Of a DNA stretch of 64,000 bases, positions 1-10,392 are shown piece by piece; within the stretch, counting starts at the first letter, position 1; every line of letters starts with the position of its first letter. Position numbers and translations under genes: made by a program. The stretch spans positions 2,784,001-2,848,000 of the forward strand of contig OZ251518.1 in assembly GCA_965242965.1 (NCBI GenBank). The letters are read 5' to 3'. Source of the DNA: Candidatus Poribacteria bacterium. Lineage in GTDB: Bacteria; Poribacteria; WGA-4E; WGA-3G. The notes beneath the pieces are model-generated. The model worked only from the letters and a program-made list of their open reading frames with translations. It was not told the origin of the DNA and ran no database searches.

Positions 1-2983
1 CGTTTTTCCCTTGCTTCAACGTGACAGGGAAGAAATCTTGGTAATCGCCAGCCCCACGGTGAACGAGTGCCTGGTGAACCAATTCACCGTTGAGCCAGAC
101 TTTGACAGCATCATCGCTTCCCACGAACATCGTCGTCTGCTGTTCCTTCGGCGTATCTAAGAGGATAGAACCGTAGACGATATGGTCGTAGATTTCCTCA
201 CGTCTTCCCCATCCGAGGGATGCAGTCATGTCATTGATATTGTCCCAACCGGTGGAGGAGAGTCTGTGGGCTCTCCATTTGCTCTCTCCGACGGCTTTGC
301 CTTCCATTGCACCGGTAGTAGCCACCCTCAGTTCTGTTACGTCACCGCCACTGGCTCGTGCGAGAAAATCGGTGCGGCTATCCAGTCGTGTTCCGGGAAC
401 GAGCACCCATAACCACGGCCCCGTGATTTTCGGGCCGCCTGATCGGTATCCAGGGTTTTCGGTGAGAATCACGTTCGTCTTCTCGCGTAACCCTTGCAAG
501 GCAGAGAAGTCGGCTATCTTGTTGTTACGGAGGTTCAAATATTCCAAGTTGCGTAATTCAGCGAGTGGGGACACGTCCACTATTACGTTTGCTTGCAGCT
601 CTAAACCCCTTAGATTGACGAGACGGGCGAGCGGGGATACATCAGCAATTTTGTGTCCATAAAGTTTCAAGGTTCTTACACTTGTTAAGCCACTCAACGG
701 GGAAAGGTCTGATACCGAGCCTGAACCGATGTGAACAAAATCTAGGATCTTTAATCCAGCCAGCGGCGAGAGGTCTGATACGGGGCCTCCATGCATCACA
801 ATCGATCTCAGTTTTCGCAATTTCGCCAGAGGTTTCAGGTCTGAGATACGCGTGTCGAAAGCTTCCAGTCTGCTTAGGCTGAGCATCCCGGAAATCGGCG
901 AAATGTCGGAAACGGGATTCCCATTAATCCCTAACCCATCTAATTTCACTAAGCCGGAGAGTGGGGATAAGTCGGTTATCCGATTCTCCTCCAATCCTAA
1001 CCACCCCACGTTGATTAACTTTGCCAACGGGGACACGTCGGTTATCAGATTATCTCGCAACTTGATATTCCCCAGACGCGTGAGGTTTCGGAGCGGCGAG
1101 ATGTCCGTTATCAGATTGTGACGCAACTCCAGCAGCCCCAGATTCGTGGCGAATTCTAATCCTGTCAAATCACGAATGCCTTTGGAATCGGCGTGCAATT
1201 CCCTTAATCGCAGCATATCCTCCTGCGTGAGTTGGACATTTTGCGGTTTGCCGAGAGTCTTGTGAATCACTGCACGTAACTGCAGGTCTGGGATATGAAC
1301 CCCTGAAACCGTCGGTGTTCCATCGTCAACAGGAATGACGACAGGGTCCTCGGACAACAGTGCGGCAACGAGGGTGCTGAATTGCGATGTCCAAGTATCT
1401 CGTTGCACGCGCCCGGTTTCCAACAGGAGTGATTCCAATCCGAGGGTTTGCAATTTCCCCTCCCGAATCTCTCGTTGGAAAATAGGCGTTGCGTAACCGA
1501 CAGCGGCGGCAGCGTGCGCCGCATCTAGCGGCTCTTCAAACCGCTGATGGAACCGTTCTACCGGCTCAATGCCGCCGAAGATACCGCCAGCCGCTTCCAA
1601 TGCCGTTTGGAACCGTTGCATATCCTCCGCCACAAGTCCGTCCATAACTGCTTGTTCAACATAGAGCCTGAGTGCTTGTTCGATATCATAAGGCGGATTC
1701 ACTTGTTGCTGCTGTTGCTCAATCACTGCCCGAACGCCGTCCTTAAACGCCTTCATTCCTTCGGTGTGGCACCCGATACAGGACAACCCGTTGTGAACCA
1801 CCGGATCTCGGGCCGCCGGGTTCGAGACAATGTCCACTGGTGCTTCATCCAGCCGCGTGCCTGCCGCCGTGACAAGGAAATAAGCCTGTAAGCCGTTCGG
1901 CAAATTGAAGATAATCTCGCCGCCATCATGATTGAACGAAAGTGGGTGCGTGAAGACGTTCTGATTGCCGACATTCCCTGCAAAGTCGTAGGATTTCCAA
2001 TACGCGCCATACTGCGAGCGGTGTCGTTCCACGACGCGGTTATTCTGCGAGACGCGGGATTCATTGAACCCGGCGCGCCAGACGCGCACACCGGGAGCAT
2101 CCTGGAGATTGCGTGCCACGTTCACCCCCAAGCGCGTTTCCAACTCGCGGGCTGTCTCGGGCAAATCGAGGATGTCGTGATAAAGCGGCGGCAAGGAAGC
2201 AGTCGCCAGGAACCAGTCCACCTGCACAAACGGCACCGCGCAGTCCATCTCTTGCTGCAGCGTTTCATAAACCGTTGGATTAGCGTAATCAAACGCGTAG
2301 GGATAGACATCCTCTATCTGTGTCCATGCCTCGGTGAGATCCCATTCGTAAGCGCGCAAATCAATGTAGAAAAGCGTTTCGGCTGCGTCAATGGGCTCCG
2401 GCTTAAGAATCTCGGCTCCCCATGAGAGGCTGTTAATCAGTTTAGAAAGCGCGCGACGATAGGCATCAAGTATCTCGTCGGTTTCACCGGCGTTGTAGAG
2501 ATGCGTCATTGTGAAATAGCGCGCGAAGGGCCGGTTAAACGGCGTGAGCTCCTTCACATGCCGTTCAATAGCGGTGAGCATTGCATCCGGCGTGATGAGG
2601 TCGCGTTGCGGGGGGGAGCCTACCCAATTGGGTGCCCCCACTTCAATCCAGCGGCGCACGATACTGAGTTCCACATCGGTGAGCGGCGGCTTGTTTAACG
2701 GCATTCTGGTCCCGCCGGCGTTGTCGCTGAGGAGCCGCTTGTAAAACTCCGATGCATCCGCATCGCCGGGGACGACTGTCCCAGAAGCCATCAAGATGTC
2801 ATGAGGGTCCACAGTCAGCACGTCCGCATGGACGCGATTTGCGCCGTGGCAGTCAATACAGTGTTGCTCAAAGATGGCGCGCGTATGAAGTGCCAGCGGC
2901 TGTTGCGCGTTCGCACTAACGCAGACAACGGCTAGCACGCTGACGGTTAAAACAGTTAACGTAAGATATTTGAAGTTTTTCAT
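1..2983 (-). CDS. Secreted c-type cytochrome (planctomycete cytochrome C-like) fused to internalin-like LRRs and a GSDD-x-VKVWLNG jelly-roll domain; 3' end runs off the window
   Basis: Manual minus-strand translation from ATG 2983: signal peptide MKNFKYLTLTVLTVSVLAVVCVSANA, heme motifs CIDCH (~2850) and CIGCH (~1770), LRRs (e.g. LELRHNLITDISPLRNLTRL), then GPWLWVLVP and GSDDAVKVWLNG. The frame is consistent to base 2. Absent from the ORF track because there is no stop in the window. Confidence 0.85.
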   Translation of the reverse strand, partial: MKNFKYLTLTVLTVSVLAVVCVSANAQQPLALHTRAIFEQHCIDCHGANRVHADVLTVDPHDILMASGTVVPGDADASEFYKRLLSDNAGGTRMPLNKPPLTDVELSIVRRWIEVGAPNWVGSPPQRDLITPDAMLTAIERHVKELTPFNRPFARYFTMTHLYNAGETDEILDAYRRALSKLINSLSWGAEILKPEPIDAAETLFYIDLRAYEWDLTEAWTQIEDVYPYAFDYANPTVYETLQQEMDCAVPFVQVDWFLATASLPPLYHDILDLPETARELETRLGVNVARNLQDAPGVRVWRAGFNESRVSQNNRVVERHRSQYGAYWKSYDFAGNVGNQNVFTHPLSFNHDGGEIIFNLPNGLQAYFLVTAAGTRLDEAPVDIVSNPAARDPVVHNGLSCIGCHTEGMKAFKDGVRAVIEQQQQQVNPPYDIEQALRLYVEQAVMDGLVAEDMQRFQTALEAAGGIFGGIEPVERFHQRFEEPLDAAHAAAAVGYATPIFQREIREGKLQTLGLESLLLETGRVQRDTWTSQFSTLVAALLSEDPVVIPVDDGTPTVSGVHIPDLQLRAVIHKTLGKPQNVQLTQEDMLRLRELHADSKGIRDLTGLEFATNLGLLELRHNLITDISPLRNLTRLGNIKLRDNLITDVSPLAKLINVGWLGLEENRITDLSPLSGLVKLDGLGINGNPVSDISPISGMLSLSRLEAFDTRISDLKPLAKLRKLRSIVMHGGPVSDLSPLAGLKILDFVHIGSGSVSDLSPLSGLTSVRTLKLYGHKIADVSPLARLVNLRGLELQANVIVDVSPLAELRNLEYLNLRNNKIADFSALQGLREKTNVILTENPGYRSGGPKITGPWLWVLVPGTRLDSRTDFLARASGGDVTELRVATTGAMEGKAVGESKWRAHRLSSTGWDNINDMTASLGWGRREEIYDHIVYGSILLDTPKEQQTTMFVGSDDAVKVWLNGELVHQALVHRGAGDYQDFFPVTLKQGKN

Positions 2984-3060
2984 TGAAAAGTTCCTTTTAT
3001 CTCAAAGCGGTTGGGCTCGGGCTGCGCCGCAGAAAACCCAACCTTGGTGTTCATAATTAT

Positions 3061-3500
3061 TTGAGGATGTTTCGTAAATCCGTGTCGGAGATCTCTTCCA
3101 GCCTCGATGCAAGCAATGTCCCTGTAGGAGAGACCTCCTGGTCTCGCTCTTAGGTCCGTAGGACCTTAATGTCTATAGCACGCGCAGACGCGAAGAATGC
3201 TAAGGTCCTTTAGGTCCTTAATAGTTTTTGCCAGGGCCGCGCGTGTTTTATTAAGCTCTGTAGGTCAGGATCGCCTGATCCTGACCTGTTTGTGATCAGG
3301 CGATCACAAACTACAGAGGGGAAACACACCTCTTGACGATGGAGATCGCGGGGGACAGGCCCCCGCGCTACGGGCGGAGAAAGCCCTAGAGAAAATCGAG
3401 ACCCGAGGTCTCTCTTACCGGGAAGACATCAAGACCCGGCGGGCTTTCCTACCCCAGGAGGACTCCCCTACCGAACGCATCGAAATATGAAACCCACTCA
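3061..3500. repeat. Composite REP-like palindrome cluster bounded by degenerate GAGGGTGTTTCAT inverted repeats
   Basis: Left end TGAGGATGTTTCGTAA (~3062), right end ATGAAACCCACTCA (~3487); internal GTAGGAGAGACCTCCTGGTCTC, GTAGGTCAGGATCGCCTGATCCTGACC and GCGGGGGACAGGCCCCCGCGCTAC units. Confidence 0.8.
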
Positions 3501-3501
3501 A

Positions 3502-5967
3502 TTATTTGCTTATCAGCATCTTCCGCGTCGCCGTGAAATCGCCCGTGGTGAGCGTATAGAAATAGATGCCGCTCGCAACCGGTTCACCGAGTTCGTTTCT
3601 CCCATCCCAGTACGCCGCACGATGCCGCGCTTCATACCGCCCGAGGGCTCGATGCCCTAACGTTAACGTCCGAACTAAAGTGCCATCAACAGCATAGAGC
3701 CGCACCGTCACCTGCGCCGGTTCAGAAAGATGATACGGTATCCACGTCTCCGGATTAAACGGATTCGGGTAGTTCGGTAGCAAGGCTGTCTGTGCCGGAC
3801 GCAGCCGGGAGAGAAGCCGTTGGAGGTTAACGATGCCTTTGTAGAACGCAGCTGTCCCGTCGTGGACTGCCTGCGCTTGTGCAATCCATATCTCAAGCGC
3901 GGCTGGCGTAATAGCCGAGGGTGCGGCGGCTCCCGCTAATTCGTCAATACTTTCTGCGACAAGCCCCAGGTCCAACTCACTCACTTTTCCATCGCCGTTG
4001 ATATCCGTGCGCGGGTTAACGAGTTTTTTGGTGCCTAATTCGCGTGCCACGAGAATCAGATCGAGAATGCTCACCTGTCCATCTGAATTCACATCTGCCA
4101 CAAGTGGCGGGTCGCGCACAATAATAGGGCGGCTTTGCGGTGGGAGCACCGTCCAATCCGTGCCGCCTTCAAATCCAAAAAAGCCGCTCCACCAACCCCT
4201 GTCCTCGTAAACCGCAACCAATAAAACGTTTGTCCCCTGACGCAGCGTAACGGCGACATCCTCCTGATACCCTTCCGATATCCTATCTACAGGATTGTTG
4301 TGAACCAATCGTCCGTTGAGCCATACCTTGACTGCCCCATCGCTTCCCACAAACAGCCGTGTCTGCTGCGTGCGCGGTGCATCCAAGGTTAACGAACCGT
4401 AAGCCACGTGAAAATCGACGTTGTCTCTTCCGAGCCCGGCGGCGTTCACTACGTCATTGATGTTATTGCCGCCTCTGGCAGCCAGTCTCCCGGCTGTCCA
4501 GACTTTCTCCCCTACAGGCTCTCCCGCTATCGCTCCTTCATCTGCAATTTGCGGCTCGGTTACCGCGCCGTCGCTCATTTGAGAGAGAAAATCGATGTCG
4601 GAAGAAGCGGCAGCTGGTGCTAACATCCTCCCCGTCGGAGCGATAATCCACAGCCACGGCCCTGCGATGTGCTTCGGCGTGGCGCGCGTGGCACCGGGGT
4701 TGTCGTGCCGAATGATAGCGACGCGCCGCGAAAACGCAGACAACGGCGAAAAATCCGATATCGCGTTGTCCTCCAAGTTGATAGATTGCACATTGGGTAA
4801 GGCTGCGAGCGGCGTGACATCCGATACCTCGTTGTGCTTCAGACTCAGGTGCGTCAATCCTGTTAAACTCGCCAACGGCGAAATATCCCTGATGTCGTTG
4901 TCAACAAGATAAAGTTCTCTTAATCCGGTAAGTCCTTCCAAGGGCCCGAGGTCAGATATGTTTGCACCACAGATATCTAACTCTCTTAGCCGTGGCAAGT
5001 CGGCAAAACCGGTGAGGCTGTAAATCGGCGTGCCCCACGAGCGAAAACGTTCCAAGCGTTCCAAACCCGCCAATGGTGCCGAGTCGAATCCCACGTTGTC
5101 GCTTATCCACAAGCCTATCAGATTTTTGAGATTCGCGAGGGGTGTGATGTCCGATATCACGTTATTGCTGAGCTCAAGCCTTCCCAAGTTGGTTAAATTC
5201 GCGAGGGGTGTGATGTCGGCTATCAAATTCCCTTCCAGTCCTAGGTGCCACAATCCGGTTAAACTGGCGAGTGGCGTGATGTCGGATAGCGCGTTGCGCC
5301 GCAAACCTAAATGTCCCAATCCGGTTAATTCAGCGAGCGGCGTGATGTCCGATATGGTATTGTCACTAAGCCCCAGTTCTACCAAGCCACTCAACCCGGC
5401 GAGCGGCGAGACATCCACTATCGCGCATTCGTCCAGCCATAACTCGCGCAGGTGGTTCATTCCCGAAATCGGAGTCAAATCGGACACTGGATTGCCGCTG
5501 AGGCCGACTCCATCTAACTTGCCGATGCTGGCGATGGGTGTTAAGTCGGTAATCGCGTTCCACTCGAGCCCGAGCCACTCAACGTTGACAAGTTGTGCGA
5601 GCGGTGTGATGTCGGATATCTCGTTGTCGTTCAGCTTGATATTATCCAGCGCGAAGAGCCCTGCCAGCGGCCCGAGGTCGGATATTGCGTTGCGGCGTAG
5701 CTCCAGCCGTTCCAGATTGACAGCGAATTCCAAACCAGTCAAGTCGCGAATCTTCCTGCCATCGGCATCAAGCCGGTGTAGTCTCGCCATGTCCTCGCGT
5801 GTGATTTGCTCGCCTTTCTCCTTGTCGAGGTGTGCTGCAATAGCGGCGCGGAGGTTCGCGTCGGGGATGTTCACCACTTGCGATTCTGCGTGCGGCGGCA
5901 TCCAAAGCACCATCGCGCATCCAATGAGTGTAGAAGCGAATATACGGAAAGTTTTCAGTAGTTTCAT
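3502..5967 (-). CDS. Secreted internalin-like LRR protein with jelly-roll domain, dockerin-like repeats and C-terminal FlgD-Ig/T9SS-type sorting domain
   Basis: Signal peptide; IPDANLRAAI LRR cap; about 15 22-aa LRRs; GSDGAVKVWLNG; DVNSDGQVSILDL and DINGDGKVSELDL; LLPNYPNPFNPETWIPY...WDGRNELGEPVASGIYFY. Confidence 0.9.
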   Translation of the reverse strand: MKLLKTFRIFASTLIGCAMVLWMPPHAESQVVNIPDANLRAAIAAHLDKEKGEQITREDMARLHRLDADGRKIRDLTGLEFAVNLERLELRRNAISDLGPLAGLFALDNIKLNDNEISDITPLAQLVNVEWLGLEWNAITDLTPIASIGKLDGVGLSGNPVSDLTPISGMNHLRELWLDECAIVDVSPLAGLSGLVELGLSDNTISDITPLAELTGLGHLGLRRNALSDITPLASLTGLWHLGLEGNLIADITPLANLTNLGRLELSNNVISDITPLANLKNLIGLWISDNVGFDSAPLAGLERLERFRSWGTPIYSLTGFADLPRLRELDICGANISDLGPLEGLTGLRELYLVDNDIRDISPLASLTGLTHLSLKHNEVSDVTPLAALPNVQSINLEDNAISDFSPLSAFSRRVAIIRHDNPGATRATPKHIAGPWLWIIAPTGRMLAPAAASSDIDFLSQMSDGAVTEPQIADEGAIAGEPVGEKVWTAGRLAARGGNNINDVVNAAGLGRDNVDFHVAYGSLTLDAPRTQQTRLFVGSDGAVKVWLNGRLVHNNPVDRISEGYQEDVAVTLRQGTNVLLVAVYEDRGWWSGFFGFEGGTDWTVLPPQSRPIIVRDPPLVADVNSDGQVSILDLILVARELGTKKLVNPRTDINGDGKVSELDLGLVAESIDELAGAAAPSAITPAALEIWIAQAQAVHDGTAAFYKGIVNLQRLLSRLRPAQTALLPNYPNPFNPETWIPYHLSEPAQVTVRLYAVDGTLVRTLTLGHRALGRYEARHRAAYWDGRNELGEPVASGIYFYTLTTGDFTATRKMLISK

Positions 5968-6089
5968 TCAGTTTTATCTCCGCTTGTGTTAAGAAATGCC
6001 CACTGTTTTGTCCCTGCACGTTGAGGGACAAGTTTCCCTCGTCCTACGGGTGTGAGTGTTCAGTGGGAAAAAGATTCAATCTGATGTTC

Positions 6090-6118
6090 ATTTTACGCAA
6101 TTTATGTGTAAATGTCAA
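6090..6118 (-). promoter_or_regulatory. Sigma70-like promoter for the LRR gene
   Basis: Minus strand TTGACA (6118-6113), 17 bp spacer, TAAAAT (6095-6090). Confidence 0.6.
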
Positions 6119-6139
6119 GTTTTTTAAAGAACACCGCCG

Positions 6140-6435
6140 TTTTCCCGTAGCGCGTGGGCCCTCGGATGCCATACGCGCATCCGAGCGGGTTTCCCTCGCG
6201 ATCGGGGCACGGCGAGGGACAGGCCCTCGCCCTACGGTAAAGGGAGCCGTTTTGGATACCGTAGCGCGGGGGCCTGTCCCCCGCGAACGTCCGGTAGACC
6301 GCAGCATGGCGAGGGACAGGCCCTCGCCCTACGGTAAGCGAGGCCGTTCTGGATACCGTAGCGCGGGGGCCTGTCCCCCGCGATCGTTGCATGGCGAGGG
6401 ACAGGCCCTCGCCCTACGGTAAAGGGGCGGCGTTT
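6140..6435. repeat. REP-like palindrome cluster
   Basis: Several GGCGAGGGACAGGCCCTCGCCCTACG and CGTAGCGCGGGGGCCTGTCCCCCGCG copies. Confidence 0.85.
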
Positions 6436-6439
6436 TTTC

Positions 6440-6468
6440 TTGCAATTTATCTTCATTTACGTTAAAAT
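6440..6468 (+). promoter_or_regulatory. Sigma70-like promoter for the R-M gene
   Basis: TTGCAA-17-TAAAAT; GGAGG RBS at 6491 before ATG 6503. Confidence 0.55.
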
Positions 6469-6502
6469 ACTCATAACCCAATCAAAATACGGAGGAAAAA
6501 CA

Positions 6503-9500
6503 ATGCTCAACATCAAACCCACACACAAACCCATAAAAAACTACTACGCTGAACTTGGACGCTATGCAAAACTCGGCGCGCAACATGAAGGTGCCGTCCG
6601 CGTCGCCTTCCAAAACCTGTTGCAACATTACGCAACACTGCGCAATCTCACGCTGATATGCGAAAAAACCCGCACCACACCCAACGGCAACCACATCCGC
6701 ATCGATGGCGAAATCGTCACCGACTTCGGACTCATCTTCGGCCACTGGGAGGCGAAAGATCTCCTCGATAACCTCCCCACCGAAGCGCAACAGAAATTTG
6801 CCACCGGCTACCCCGCCAAAAACATCATCTTCCAAACGCCGCACCGCGCCATACTCTACCAAAACGGCGCGCTTATCTTGGATGTAGACATCACCGAGCC
6901 GCGCAATCTCATCCAACTCCTTGAAACCTTCTTCGCCTACACGGAGGAAAATCTCGCCGAATGGGATGCCGCTGTCAACACATTCCAAGATACCATCCCC
7001 CAACTCGGCGCGAAATTGGAGGCACTCATCCAAACCGAACGCCAGAATACCCCCGAATTCCGCGAGGCGTTCGCGAATTTCCATCAGCAGTGCCGAGACG
7101 CGATCAACCCCAACCTCGCCGAGGCGGAAGTTGAACGGATGCTCGCGCAACATCTCATGACTGAGCGCATCTTCCGCACCGTCTTCAACAATCCCGATTT
7201 CACTCACCGCAATATCATCGCCCGCGAAATCGAGAAAGTTGTGCGCGTGCTAACCCAACATGCGTTTGACAGGCATCAGTTCCTCCAAAGTCTCAATCCG
7301 TTTTACACCGCGGTTGAACGAACGGCGGCGAACCTCACCGATTTCTCGCAGAAGCAAGATTTCCTCAACACCCTTTACCAACGCTTCTTCCAAGACTTTT
7401 CTGTCAAGGATGCCGATAGACACGGCGTTGTCTACACCCCGCAACCTATCGTCGATTTCATGGTGAATAGCGTCCAACATCTCCTGAAAACCCACTTCGG
7501 CAAATCGCTGTCCGATGCAGGGGTTCATATCATCGATCCCTTCGTCGGCACCGGCAATTTCATCGTGCGGCTGATGCAGGACATCCCCGGCATCGCGCTG
7601 GACAAAAAATATAAAGGTGAGCTCCACTGCAACGAGGTGATGCTTTTGCCTTACTACATCGCCACGATGAACATCGAACACGCCTATTATGAAAAAATGG
7701 GGCGATACGAACCTTTCAAGCACATCTGTTTCGTTGACACGTTCGATACCTTTGGGCTCATGGACGCGCCAAACCAGACCGGGGAATTCGCCTATTTTAC
7801 GCCGGAGAATACGATGCGCGTTCGAGAGCAGAAGGAAACACCGATGTTCGTCGTCATCGGCAATCCGCCCTATAACGCGAGTCAGTCAAACGAGAATGAT
7901 AACAACAAGAACAGACCGCATGAGGCTGTCGACAACCGTGTGCGCGCCACTTACGTCGCCGCCTCCACGGCGCAGCTGAACAATAAGGTCTACGATCCTT
8001 ATGTGAAATCCCTCCGGTGGGCATCGGATAAAATCGGGCCAGAAGGCATGATCGCTTTCGTCACGAACAACGGTTTTATTGATGGCAGGATGTTTGATGG
8101 ACTGCGGCAATGTCTCGCCGAGGAATTTGACGTGCTCCACATTCTGGACCTCGGTGGCAACATGCGCAAGGGACAACCCGGCAACGCCAATGTGTTCGGC
8201 ATTACCGTCGGGGTGAGCATTAATCTCTTGGTGAAGACAAAGGGCCCTCGGCAAGGGCCTGCGCGCATTCTCTATAGCGATGCGGCGGCGGCACTCCCGA
8301 AAGAACGCACCTTCCAATTTTTGGCAGAGAACGCACACGTCGGTAATCTGAAATGGCGCGAGATTCAACCGAACGCGCGCCACATGTGGCTCACTGACGG
8401 ATTTGCAGCCGATTTTAACACGTTCATCCCGATGGGCAGCAAAGCCGCAAAATCGGCGAAAGGCGCAGTAGAAGGCACACTCTTTAAAACTTTCAGTCTC
8501 GGTGTTTCCACGAGCCGCGATGCATGGGTTTACAATTTCAGTCAGGAAAAGTTGACAGAAAACATGACGCGGATGATGGACAACTACAATAGTGAAGTAG
8601 CCCGATGGGAGAGACGGCACAACCGAGGCATCAACGTCAAGGATTTCGTGGATACCGACAAAACGAAGGTGAAGTGGAGCCGAAGTCTCATGTCCCAGTT
8701 GAGGCAGGGCAAACTCGCTGCGTTTTCGCCGGAAAAAGTCCGCACGTCACTTTACCGGCCGTTTACGAAATCGTGTCTCTACTTCGATCGGACGATGAAC
8801 GAGTGCGTCTATGTAATGCCATCCATCTTCCCGACACCGGAAACCGAACAGGAAAATCGCGTGTTATGTGTCAATCTGACACAGGAAAGACCTTTTACTT
8901 GTCTGATGGCCAACTGCATTCCGTCAAGTATTATGGCAGGTGGATTCGGTTCTCCGACGCAGTGCTTCCCCTTCTACACCTACGACGAGGATGGCACCAA
9001 CCGCCGAGAAAACATCACCGACTGGGCATTATCCCACTTCCGCACGCATTACGCCGACGAAACCATCACCAAATGGGACATTTTCCACTACAATTACGCG
9101 CTCCTGCATCATCCAGAATACCGCGAGACGTATCAAGTCAACCTCAAGCACGACTTGCCGCATCTCCCCTTCGCCCCGGATTTCTGGGGGTTTGTGAACA
9201 TCGGGCGCGCTTTGGCGGACATGCATGTCAATTATGAAACCCTTGACGTGATGCCAAACCTCATTGAAACCCCGCCGCTCAATTGGCGCGTGGAGAAGAT
9301 GGAATTATCCAAAGACAAGACGGAACTCCGCTATAATGAATCCTTGACGGTGGTGGATATCCCTCCCGAAGTGTTGAGTATCGTTTAGGCACGCGTTCTG
9401 CGTTAGAGTGGCTCATCGATCGGTATCGCGTCAAACCCGATCCGAATGGGAGTGGTCTTGTCTCGGATCCGAATGGTGAAGATGGGCAATATATCGTTCG

Positions 9501-9573
9501 GTTGGTCGGGCAAGTGATGCATGTGAGTGAAGAGACGGTGCGGTTGGTTGGGGAGTTGCCGCGCCTCACGTAG
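6503..9573 (+). CDS. Type IIG-like restriction-modification fusion (PD-(D/E)xK nuclease, N6-adenine MTase, Type ISP-like target recognition C-terminus); frameshifted at ~9375
   Basis: RIDG...WEAKD nuclease motif, YTPQPIV, IIDPFVGTGNF (motif I), VIGNPPY (motif IV). The ORF stops at 9388, but a family-like tail EYRLGTRSALEWLIDRY...ELPRLT* continues in another frame, 9376-9573. Confidence 0.85.
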
Positions 9574-9880
9574 GGCGAGGGCCTGTCCCTCGCCATGCTT
9601 CCAGAAGGCATCGGGCCCATCTCTGTAGTTCGGGAGCGCCTGCTCCCGAACGGGTCAGGATCAGGCACTCCTGACCTACAGGGGTGAGGCGGTCTGACTC
9701 TCCTACGGCGCGCGATCGGCCGTTCGCGGGGGAATCGAGACCGGGAGGTCTCTCCTACGGGACGCTCGCGGGGGCCTGTCCCCCGCGCTACGGGAACCGG
9801 ACGGTGTTTCATAACTCTGTAGTTCGGGAGCGCCTGCTCCCGAACGGGTCAGAATCAGGCGATCCTGAACTACAGAGGTG
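9566..9880. repeat. REP-like palindrome cluster
   Basis: CGTAGGGCGAGGGCCTGTCCCTCGCC, two GTAGTTCGGGAGCGCCTGCTCCCGAAC, and GAGACCGGGAGGTCTCTCCTAC. Confidence 0.85.
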
Positions 9881-9891
9881 AGATTTGCATC

Positions 9892-10392
9892 TTATAGAAA
9901 TTTTTCCAGATACACCGCATCATAGAAGCACCCATCAAGTTTGACATGTTTTTTGGCGATGCCGACTTTCTCAAAGCCGAGTTTGCCATAAAACCGGAGA
10001 GCCCGCGCATTATGTGCCAAAACCTGAATGGCGAGCTTCACGTAACCGTTATCCCGCGCAAATGCAAAAGAGGCTTCCGCGAGACGCTGCCCAATTTGAT
10101 ACCCGCGAAAATCAGCGCGAACCCACGTTCCCACCGTGCCAACGTGCCGCATCGAATCGGTATAGTCGGCTAACCCATCGGGCTCAATGACTTGGACACC
10201 GGCGATTTCCGCATCAACTTCGGCGACGAACATAGCACTCCGCGCCCCTAAACCGGAGATGAACGCGTGCTCCTCTGCCGCCGTAAACGGATTCGTTAGC
10301 GCAGTCCATCGTCCTTCCAGAATAACGGCGTTCATCACGGAGACAACCGCCTCTGCGTCGTCAGGGGTCGCTTTTCTGATTAAGGCATCCAT
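9892..10392 (-). CDS. GNAT family N-acetyltransferase
   Basis: IRKATPDDAEAV start, VRADFRGYQIGQRL acetyl-CoA motif A, NARALRFYGKLGF motif B. Confidence 0.9.
   Translation of the reverse strand: MDALIRKATPDDAEAVVSVMNAVILEGRWTALTNPFTAAEEHAFISGLGARSAMFVAEVDAEIAGVQVIEPDGLADYTDSMRHVGTVGTWVRADFRGYQIGQRLAEASFAFARDNGYVKLAIQVLAHNARALRFYGKLGFEKVGIAKKHVKLDGCFYDAVYLEKFL

Noticed and set aside
5030-5992. 320-aa plus-strand ORF
   Set aside because: Antisense shadow of the LRR gene; its periodicity mirrors the LRRs
6021-6456. Short ORFs with RGTGPRAT, ARDRPSPY or GRGPVPR peptides, here and in most intergenic regions
   Set aside because: They are translations of GC-rich palindromic repeats that are open in many frames
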